A DNA stretch of 64,000 nt. Source: an uncultured Kordia sp. Its GTDB lineage: Bacteria; Bacteroidota; Bacteroidia; Flavobacteriales; Flavobacteriaceae. Below, in pieces: positions 1-6,947 of this stretch; the stretch's first letter is position 1; the number at the start of each line of letters is the position of its first letter. The stretch is from assembly GCF_947496985.1 (NCBI RefSeq), contig NZ_CANMEZ010000014.1:16379-80378 (forward strand). Direction: 5' to 3'. A model generated the notes under the pieces. That model saw nothing but the letters and a program-made list of their open reading frames with translations. It ran no database searches and had not been told where the DNA came from. Position numbers and translations under genes: made by a program.

Positions 1-4
1 TACT

Positions 5-571
5 ATGAAAGACAATCTCAACAATATGGCAGGTTTGGATATATACTTATCCAATATAGCTAATGAAAAAGATGCTCAAAAAACATCGGAAATTCAATCT
101 ATAAATTACAAAACTATGCCATTAATGAGTTGGGATATTTATATGGAAAACTACCATAAAATGTTGCAAGGAGCCAAGAAGAATGTAGAACTAAAGCAAG
201 TAACTAACTTAGCTAAAAAATACAATTGGCAAAACGATTTAAACTTGGTATTTTCTGAGCATGACTATGAAGCAGTAATCATTACAGACGTTAACCAAAA
301 CATTATATGGGTTAATGAAGGGTTTTCTACCATGACGGGATATTCTCAAAAATTTGCTTTAAACAAAACACCTAACTTTTTACAAGGTGAGCAAACCTCT
401 CAAGAAACTAAAAACAGAATTCGACAAAAAATTAAGCAAAACAAGCCTTTCAAAGAAATCATCATAAATCACAAAAAGGACAAAACACCGTATACCTGTG
501 AAGTAAACATTATACCATTATACAACAATGAAACTACACATTTCATAGCATTTGAAAAGCAAGTTGTATAA
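5..571 (+). CDS. PAS domain-containing protein (single PAS, no obvious output domain)
   Basis: 188-aa ORF. The C-terminal ~110 aa shows a PAS-like pattern (AVIITDVNQNIIWVNEGFSTMTGYS ... FLQGEQT ... KDKTPYTCEVNIIPL). Confidence 0.6.
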   Translation: MKDNLNNMAGLDIYLSNIANEKDAQKTSEIQSINYKTMPLMSWDIYMENYHKMLQGAKKNVELKQVTNLAKKYNWQNDLNLVFSEHDYEAVIITDVNQNIIWVNEGFSTMTGYSQKFALNKTPNFLQGEQTSQETKNRIRQKIKQNKPFKEIIINHKKDKTPYTCEVNIIPLYNNETTHFIAFEKQVV

Positions 572-591
572 CACATAAAAAAAAGCTGTCC

Positions 592-693
592 AAAAAGTAG
601 TTAAAAACGTCAATCTGTACCTGATTCAGAATCTTACCTAACGAACAATCAGCTGTTGTAAGATGCAGAATAAGTTTTGACTTAACTATTTTT
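592..693. repeat. REP/MITE-like element with terminal inverted repeats (AAAAAGTAGTTAA ... TTAACTATTTTTT)
   Basis: The terminal IR was read directly. The first ~24 nt (CAAAAAGTAGTTAAAAACGTCAATCTG) closely match the start of the element at 57444 (CTAAAAAGTAATATAAAACGTCATTCTG). Confidence 0.5.
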
Positions 694-741
694 TTTAACC
701 TATTAGACAAGCTCTTCTTTTACATATATTAAGAAAAGTGT

Positions 742-996
742 TTAGCTTTCTTCTTTTCCAACATCTTCTTTTGCTGTAGTAACTAAACCTGTACTAGCGT
801 TTCCGTATACAGGACTTTCATTACGTAAAATATCAATCACGCATGCAAAATTCTCTTCCTTCATATATGGAGTTTCTTTACGTTTATTTCTAAAATCAAT
901 AAAATAGAACTTCCCTAAATCTACTTTTGGGTTCCAAACAGCTTGATATCCGTTTAACTTGGTTCAACCTTTTGTTCCTTATGGATGATGTGGCAT
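742..996 (-). pseudogene. Possible disrupted gene (ATG followed by two in-frame stops, then a 73-codon open frame)
   Basis: The minus-strand frame reads MPHHP*GTKG*TKLNGYQAVWNPKVDLGKFYFIDFRNKRKETPYMKEENFACVIDILRNESPVYGNASTGLVTTAKEDVGKEES*. The long open part has no in-frame ATG near its 5' end. Confidence 0.3.
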
Positions 997-1330
997 AACT
1001 TTTTTATTTAGAGGGTTAGTTTTATAACATAAAAACACTGGTTATCAGTGTGGTACATAGTAGGAGAATGTGTTTTTTATCAAATACATACGCTACATAA
1101 TGTTAAAACTACGTTGTACACAATATGTATATGGGAATTTCACTTTTTTAATTGTTCTATAAGTAGTAGTCATGAAAAACAACAATCATATACATACTAC
1201 CTACGGAAGAATATAAAAAATACTAGATATAGTTGGTGTGATTTCCGATTTGGAGTTTGTACGTTTCATTATTGTTAAAGCACGGTAATGAATAAAACTA
1301 GGTTAATACGTATAACATATTCCAAACGCA

Positions 1331-1365
1331 AGCAGTTTATTATTTTTTAATAAACTGCTTTTTTT
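1331..1365 (+). terminator. Strong rho-independent terminator with no annotated gene upstream
   Basis: 12-bp perfect stem AGCAGTTTATTA / TAATAAACTGCT with a T5 loop, followed by a T-run. The nearest convincing + strand CDS ends at 571. Confidence 0.6.
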
Positions 1366-1587
1366 ATGAGCACAACTACTTCCTTCTTATACTTTTCTGT
1401 AATCACTTCAACAGCATTACAAAGTTTCTTCTTAGTTGTAAAAAATTAAAAACACGACGTTTATGAAGTATTTACTACGCTTATGCAAAACAGTATGCAA
1501 ATTCAAAATAACTATTAGATATTCGTACCAGACAAAAGAAGCGATCTGCACAGAACATCGCTAATATTAATTTAAAGAAGTAAACAT

Positions 1588-1983
1588 ATGTCTATCAAAT
1601 TTAAAACTATTACGCGTAAAAATCCAAGGGATTTATCAGCACCAGAAAAGTATTATCCAAGCTCTGTAACAGGAAGTGTATTGGACTTAAACGAATTAGC
1701 CGACTTAGTTGGCGACGGATCTACCGTACGTCGTAATGATGTATATGCCGTACTAATAGGCTTAGTAGATGTAGCCAAAAAGCAATTAGAGTTAGGAAAC
1801 ATGGTTCGTTTGGGCGATTTAGGAAGTTTTTCCATCAATGTATCCAGTACAGGAAAAGATACGGCTGCAGAAGTAACGGCAACAAGCATAGAGAAGGGAA
1901 AAATAATTTTTAGACCTAGTGCAAATTTAAAGAATATGCTAAAAGCATTGCGCTATGAAAAAGTAGGAGAGTCTACTACGTAA
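1588..1983 (+). CDS. HU-family (Bacteroidetes HU_HIG-like) DNA-binding protein
   Basis: 131 aa. The layout is typical of Bacteroidetes histone-like proteins (N-terminal KxKxxxRKNPRD, then LxELAxxV..GSTVxxxDVxAVL..L......L..G..V.LGxxGSF). Confidence 0.65.
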   Translation: MSIKFKTITRKNPRDLSAPEKYYPSSVTGSVLDLNELADLVGDGSTVRRNDVYAVLIGLVDVAKKQLELGNMVRLGDLGSFSINVSSTGKDTAAEVTATSIEKGKIIFRPSANLKNMLKALRYEKVGESTT

Positions 1984-2102
1984 ACATTGCAAATTGCAGG
2001 TTTAAAAAAAGACTCAAAATAGGAGGAAACCGACTCCTTGTTTTTATTGATTAAAAATTCTATCTAAATCTTTTACAGATTTTACCAAGATAGAATTTTT
2101 TT

Positions 2103-2156
2103 TTGTCTTGATGTTTTGTACAAAATGTCAAGACAAAATTTTATTTTATCAAGACA
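2103..2156. repeat. 34-nt near-perfect palindrome plus a third TCAAGACA half-site
   Basis: TTGTCTTGATGTTTTGTACAAAATGTCAAGACAA (2103-2136) pairs end to end with two G-T positions. TCAAGACA recurs at 2149-2156. Confidence 0.6.
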
Positions 2157-2199
2157 TTTTTCAGGGCTTCTCAAAGCCCAGTGTTTATAGGGTATGCGA

Positions 2200-2241
2200 G
2201 AAGGCATGAAATTGTCACATCGAGCGCAGTCGAGATGCCTT
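2200..2241. repeat. Flavobacterial REP-like element (GTCACATCGAGCGCAGTCGAGA core inside a GAAGGCAT/ATGCCTT stem)
   Basis: The core recurs at 50497-50520 (GTCAATTCGAGCGCAGTCGAGAAT), 51915 (GTCACATCGAGCATT) and, degenerate, at 23056 (GTCATATTGAGCGTAGTGGAGA). Confidence 0.55.
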
Positions 2242-2423
2242 AGTATCTGTAATCTTTCTTAAATCTTTTATTGAAAATATATGGTTAGTTACGGTTTTCC
2301 GTAAGGTGTAGAGTTTGGTATTAGGTAGTTTCGATGTTTATATAATTGAAGCAGTTTATAAAGTTTAGTAATATGAAGATATGTAAAATACTATTCATTA
2401 AATATATTTAAAATAGCTAAAAA

Positions 2424-3071
2424 ATGAGTAAAGAGAAAAATCAATTTACTGGACCTAAAAAATATTTAGAAAAGAGTTTTTTAGAAGAATTGAATTACAA
2501 AATATGGTCAACAAAAGGCGCAAGATTTAAAGCAGATAAAAGGTTGAGAGCTAAAGCAAAACTATCAAACATTACTTTAGCAATAATATCAGCTTATCTA
2601 ATTATCGCTAGTTTAATATCTGTTTATAGTATTGATAATAATAGTAATGAAAATTTGATTAATTATGCTATTACAGCTCTTTCAATATTACTCTTAGTGG
2701 TAAGTCAATTTGAAAACTCTCAGGAGTATAAATTGAATGCAAGAATTTTTCATGATTGTGGACTTGAATTATCTGAATTGTATAATGAATTACGGATTTT
2801 TAAAACATTAAAGAAAAAACCAACTGATTACGAAGCTTATGTCTTTAGTAAAAAATTATCTGAAAGATATCAAATTGTTCTTAAAAATTATCAAAATCAT
2901 TCTTCGATCGACTATAATATGTTTAGAGTGAGTAATTTAGATTATTTTGATACAATTGCTACTTCTGAAATAAAAAAAATTAAAAGGAAATATAATTGGG
3001 GAATTTATGGTTGGTATACAATAATGATTGTTATAATTCCAATTATAATAATTATTATTAAAGTAATTTGA
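2424..3071 (+). CDS. SLATT-like two-TM effector-domain protein (stand-alone)
   Basis: 215 aa. An N-terminal amphipathic segment (W.TKGARFKADKRLRAKAK) precedes two TM helices, then a helical region and a third C-terminal TM. The pattern matches my recollection of the SLATT family but has not been HMM-verified. Confidence 0.45.
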   Translation: MSKEKNQFTGPKKYLEKSFLEELNYKIWSTKGARFKADKRLRAKAKLSNITLAIISAYLIIASLISVYSIDNNSNENLINYAITALSILLLVVSQFENSQEYKLNARIFHDCGLELSELYNELRIFKTLKKKPTDYEAYVFSKKLSERYQIVLKNYQNHSSIDYNMFRVSNLDYFDTIATSEIKKIKRKYNWGIYGWYTIMIVIIPIIIIIIKVI

Positions 3072-3216
3072 ATAATATGATTTCATCTATAAAAAGCCTG
3101 TATAAGTAATAAGACTATTAAAAACAGTAGTTTCTTTTTATGTAAATTCTTCAACTTATTAAGAATCTCTTAGATTTGTAAGAAAATCATATGTCATATA
3201 ATGAACATATGTTCAT

Positions 3217-3234
3217 TATACACACGTTGGCAAG
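3217..3234. repeat. Left inverted repeat bracketing ORF 3243-3785
   Basis: TATACACACGTTGGCAAG lies 9 nt before the ATG. The reverse complement of 3793-3811 is TATACACCTTGTTGGCAAG (7+9 identical nt). Confidence 0.6.
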
Positions 3235-3242
3235 CATAAAAA

Positions 3243-3785
3243 ATGATATTCAAGAAAACAAAAAGCAATCTATTTGACCACTTGACAGAGCCTCAAAAAC
3301 CTTGGGGAAACCGTACAGTGATTTCTGCGGCTGGAATAATAGCTGGTGGATGGACAATTGATAACAAAATATTTCTTCTATCCTCTGATGGATACTCTAT
3401 TTCTAATCCCTTAACAGGAGAAAGAGAAATAAGGAATCGAGATGAAGAAAACACAGCAATGTCAAAGTTCTCCAAAGACAATCTTGAATTTACAATTGAT
3501 GAATTAAATCAAACCATAAAGGTGTTTGGATTAAGAGGCGGAAACGGAAATCACATAACCTCAGACCAATGGAATCTGGATTCATTTCACCTTGGAATTG
3601 GAGAACAAATTGTTGGGCTTCGAAATTTCAGAGACAGAAAAAATGAACCTCAATATTGGAAGAACTTTGATTTAATAAAATTAGAAAGATTGGAAAATTT
3701 CACATTGACATATGGATTTTCACCAAACGAAAAACACTTTGGAATCTTTGGCTCTGGTGGAGCAGAAATATTTAGTAGAGAATAA
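3243..3785 (+). CDS. Hypothetical protein (no signal peptide, no recognisable motif)
   Basis: 180-aa ORF with an ATG start, bracketed tightly by inverted repeats. The antisense ORF 3293-3481 is judged a shadow. Confidence 0.5.
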   Translation: MIFKKTKSNLFDHLTEPQKPWGNRTVISAAGIIAGGWTIDNKIFLLSSDGYSISNPLTGEREIRNRDEENTAMSKFSKDNLEFTIDELNQTIKVFGLRGGNGNHITSDQWNLDSFHLGIGEQIVGLRNFRDRKNEPQYWKNFDLIKLERLENFTLTYGFSPNEKHFGIFGSGGAEIFSRE

Positions 3786-3792
3786 AAAACGA

Positions 3793-3811
3793 CTTGCCAA
3801 CAAGGTGTATA
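3793..3811. repeat. Right inverted repeat bracketing ORF 3243-3785
   Basis: CTTGCCAACAAGGTGTATA starts 8 nt after the stop codon. It is followed by two hairpins (3844-3861 and 3863-3887). Confidence 0.6.
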
Positions 3812-4020
3812 GCCAATAAGGCATTTAGAGATAAATTGAAAGTCCTGTTCTTTTGAGCAGGCAACGCCAAAACAAAGTTTTGACGTTTAACAAAAAAGAA
3901 AATTAAAAGTAAAAACATTTGTTTTGGCTTAGTGGTAAACCGAAAGTGAAGTGCTTCGAATCTGCCCTACTGTCCATGCACAGAACGTTACCCAACATAA
4001 GACCAACCATACTCAAAAAA

Positions 4021-4488
4021 ATGAAATCAATAGGAATTAGAGCAACACCAAAAGAAATATATTTTGCGATTGTTGAGCAGAATGTAGAGGAGAACAATGT
4101 TATAACCATAGATAAACTGATTTTACCTCTATCATTAGAAATACCTGATAGACTTAACTTTGTTAGGAAAACCATAATTGATATTATAAATCAATATGAC
4201 GTTACAAAAGCTGGAATAAAAGTTACAGAGGGCAACGCTCAAAGGTTAAGCATTGAAAGAATATCCATAGAAGCTATAATCCAAGAATTATTTTCAAGTT
4301 GTTCTGTCCAAAAATATTTCGGAGGTAATATTTCAAAAATTTCGAGATTATTGGGACTTTCAAACAATGGAGATTTAAAGAAAATTATAAAAGGAGAAAG
4401 TATTCCATACAATTTAGAATTTCTTCAAGAAAATAATGAAACACAAAGAGAATCAGTATTATCAGCACTTGCTGCATTAAATTTATAA
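4021..4488 (+). CDS. Hypothetical 155-aa protein, translationally coupled partner of the Ser/Thr kinase
   Basis: The track ORF 3919-4488 begins with TTG, and the first ATG is at 4021 (MKSIGIRATPKEIYFAIVEQ...). Its stop TAA at 4486-4488 lies 1 nt before the kinase ATG at 4490. Confidence 0.55.
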   Translation: MKSIGIRATPKEIYFAIVEQNVEENNVITIDKLILPLSLEIPDRLNFVRKTIIDIINQYDVTKAGIKVTEGNAQRLSIERISIEAIIQELFSSCSVQKYFGGNISKISRLLGLSNNGDLKKIIKGESIPYNLEFLQENNETQRESVLSALAALNL

Positions 4489-4489
4489 A

Positions 4490-5539
4490 ATGAACATAGG
4501 ACTAAGAGAAGCTACCCTAAATTTTGAATTAAAAAATAACATCGGTGCAGAAGGGAAAAACTCTGATGTTTTCATAGCACACGATAAGCAATTTGATGCA
4601 GATATTGTAATAAAAAGAATACCTAAAGCAGATTTTAATTCGCCAAACGATTATTACAAAGAGGCTAAGTGTTTATATACTTCAAAGCATCAAAATATCG
4701 TTACAGTAAATTATTCTTGCGAAGATGATGACCATATATATATTGCAATGCCACATTATGGTAAAGGTTCTTTAGAATCTTTAACGAAAACAAGATTTTT
4801 AACAGTTAGAGAAATTCTTAAATATTCTATAGATTTTTTATCTGGTTTAAATCATATTCACACAAAAGGACTAATACATTTTGACATAAAGCCAACTAAT
4901 ATTTTAATATCTGATTCTAATGAAGCATTGGTTACTGATTTTGGTTTAGCAAAATTTACAAATATCCACAGAGTTGCCGAACAAGATAAATTTTACAGTT
5001 TACATACAGCACCTGAATGTCTTGTAACTAATCAATTTACCATTCAAGTAGATATTTATCACGCTGGTTTAACTTTGTATAGAATTTGTAACGGTTCTAA
5101 TATTTTTAAAAATCAACTTGCTGGCATAACATCGAAAGCAGAATTGGATAATTTAATCACATCAGGTAGTTTTCCTGATAGAAATTTCTTCTTACCTCAT
5201 ATTCCTCAAAAATTGAGAAATGTGATAAGAAAAGCTCTCTCTGTTAATCCATCTGATAGACATAACAATCTAATTGAACTTTTAAATGAACTTTCAAAAA
5301 TTCAAGAGAATTTGGATTGGCAATTAAGTACAATTCCTAATGGTAATAAATGGGAATTAGATATGGATAATAAAACATACGATATTTCGTTAATAAATAA
5401 TAATGGTTCTTTTAATATCGAGACATACAAGACTATGAAAAGTTCTGGAAATAGAACAAGAGTAAACGGAGATTTTAGAACTAATTTAACAATTCAAAAA
5501 GCCACAACAGAACTGAAGAAAATACTGAAGTCATATTAA
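4490..5539 (+). CDS. Hanks-type serine/threonine protein kinase with an uncharacterised ~80-aa C-terminal domain
   Basis: Kinase motifs are readable: G-loop-like GAEGKNSDVF, VIKRIPK, catalytic loop HFDIKPTNILI, DFGLAK, and APE as TAPECL. Confidence 0.8.
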   Translation: MNIGLREATLNFELKNNIGAEGKNSDVFIAHDKQFDADIVIKRIPKADFNSPNDYYKEAKCLYTSKHQNIVTVNYSCEDDDHIYIAMPHYGKGSLESLTKTRFLTVREILKYSIDFLSGLNHIHTKGLIHFDIKPTNILISDSNEALVTDFGLAKFTNIHRVAEQDKFYSLHTAPECLVTNQFTIQVDIYHAGLTLYRICNGSNIFKNQLAGITSKAELDNLITSGSFPDRNFFLPHIPQKLRNVIRKALSVNPSDRHNNLIELLNELSKIQENLDWQLSTIPNGNKWELDMDNKTYDISLINNNGSFNIETYKTMKSSGNRTRVNGDFRTNLTIQKATTELKKILKSY

Positions 5540-5569
5540 TTTCGTAAATTTGTAGTCTAGTTTTATTCA

Positions 5570-5767
5570 ATGAAAGTAAATAAAACAACATATAATCCTA
5601 ATAAAAATTTGACTAGAGGGGAACTTTCAAACCCTTTTTCAAATTCTTCAATTCATTCTAGAATTAAAAAATCTGGTGCCATCGATTTGAAAAATAACTC
5701 CGTGTGGACTGAAAAAAACGGTTATTCTCAAGTAAAACCAATTGATAAAACAAAGAAACTGAAATAA
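5570..5767 (+). CDS. Small basic hypothetical protein
   Basis: 65-aa ORF 30 nt after the kinase, on the same strand. No motif was recognised. Confidence 0.3.
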   Translation: MKVNKTTYNPNKNLTRGELSNPFSNSSIHSRIKKSGAIDLKNNSVWTEKNGYSQVKPIDKTKKLK

Positions 5768-6035
5768 ATTACGTTGGGTAACACCGTATATAATTTATTG
5801 CTAGTTCTCGCCTACTTACGAAAATCCTCGCGGACTTTCTATCTGTGATTTATTTGCTAACTTTAGTGCTTAAAACACGCAACAAACCATATACAACAAC
5901 GTTAACTGCACGTAAAAAACTAGAAACTAATTAAACGTTCATAATATTATAAAAGAAAGCTATTTTGAAAATGTATTTCGTAGAATAATTGAAGAATAAT
6001 GCTTGTAAATTTAAAAAGTAAACATAAGCGATTCT

Positions 6036-6058
6036 AGCGCTCGTTTGTAACGAGTGCT
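6036..6058 (-). terminator. Hairpin downstream of the XRE gene
   Basis: AGCGCTCGT TTGTA ACGAGTGCT gives a 9-bp stem with one G-U. The trailing U-run is weak. Confidence 0.35.
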
Positions 6059-6075
6059 TCACAGTCAAAACAATC

Positions 6076-6342
6076 TTACAACTTCCCCTTAATCCTCTCC
6101 AGCTCATCAATCACTTTTTGTAAAGCTTCGGTTGGGTTTTCTTCTTCTTTTGTTGGGTAAAACAAATCGCGAATATCTACATCTAGTGTTTTGGCAATCT
6201 TTACTAATAACTCAGGTTTTGGAAAACTATTCCCTTGAACAATATTAGAAATACTTGCAGGCGTAACGCCAACTTTTTCGGCTAAATCTTTCCCGGTAAT
6301 CTCTTTTTCTTTTAAAACTTCTTTCAGTCGTAAAATATTCAT
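6076..6342 (-). CDS. XRE-family helix-turn-helix transcriptional regulator
   Basis: 88 aa. It has a classic Cro/CI HTH (LKEVLKEKEITGKDLAEKVGVTPASISNIVQGNSFPKPELLVKIAKTLDV). Confidence 0.85.
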   Translation of the reverse strand: MNILRLKEVLKEKEITGKDLAEKVGVTPASISNIVQGNSFPKPELLVKIAKTLDVDIRDLFYPTKEEENPTEALQKVIDELERIKGKL

Positions 6343-6378
6343 GCGTTATAATCTGTAATAATTAAGGTAAAACTACGG

Positions 6379-6537
6379 AAATTATAGAGATACGTATATA
6401 AATCTATCAAAAATTATAGTTTCATGTAAAAGTATTAAAATTATAGAGATACTAAATAAATTTAGTGAAAATTATAGTTTAACTTGAATTAAATAAAAGT
6501 AATATTTATATTTGAAGTGTAATTATTATAGTAATAC
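6379..6537. promoter_or_regulatory. Iterated AATTATAG boxes in the divergent XRE / 6567 intergenic region
   Basis: AAATTATAGAGATAC occurs at 6379 and 6438. AAAATTATAGTTT occurs at 6410 and 6468, about 59-60 nt apart. A fifth box, ATTATTATAGTAATAC, lies at 6522. Confidence 0.55.
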
Positions 6538-6566
6538 TAAATATTTAACGCTTTTTAATAGATCAT

Positions 6567-6806
6567 ATGACAACACAACAGCAATTAAACAAAGAATTGG
6601 TAGCCGAATTAAAAGAAATAAAGCAAGAACTTGCCAAATACAAGCACAGTTTTGAAACCGAAATGAACATTAAAAACTATTTGTACTTCTTTATATTAAC
6701 CAATGATTTAGTAGCGTCATTACAAGAATTTCAAAAAAAGTATAATAATGACAACGGAGATTATTATATAAAATCCTTGGAGTACTTAGTGCGTACAAGT
6801 ACGTAG
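6567..6806 (+). CDS. Small hypothetical protein (helical), divergent from the XRE regulator
   Basis: 79-aa ORF with an ATG start, downstream of the box array. Confidence 0.4.
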   Translation: MTTQQQLNKELVAELKEIKQELAKYKHSFETEMNIKNYLYFFILTNDLVASLQEFQKKYNNDNGDYYIKSLEYLVRTST

Positions 6807-6947
6807 TAATGGTTAATTCTATCCTTTTTTGCAAAGTAGGCAATTTCTCTCTATTCAAAATTTCGTATTCAACGCACCTTTGTTACAACAACGACGGAAT
6901 CCGAAAAGTCAATAATAATAGAGTAGGAAAACCAAAAACTAAAAGTT

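Noticed and set aside
1048-1278. 76-aa GTG-start ORF.
   Set aside because: It is rich in Cys, aromatic residues and Tyr with no motif, and it lies in a decayed region. It is probably non-coding.
3915-3975. tRNA-like fragments (GCTTAGTGGTAAA resembling a D-loop; TTCGAATC resembling a T-loop; ...CCA).
   Set aside because: I could not form an acceptor stem or a paired T-stem around TTCGAAT. It is not a tRNA. At most it is a degenerate remnant, and I cannot support even that.
2100-6400. Calling the cassette-like patch a chromosomal integron.
   Set aside because: No intI-type integrase lies in the window. Only short core-like motifs match, one pair is in the wrong order, and no full attC secondary structure could be built by eye. 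It is kept as a hypothesis in the findings only.
6379-6480. Two about 60-nt direct repeats considered as a mini CRISPR array.
   Set aside because: There are only two units, the repeats are AT-rich operator-like boxes with internal sub-repeats, there are no cas genes, and the location is a divergent promoter.
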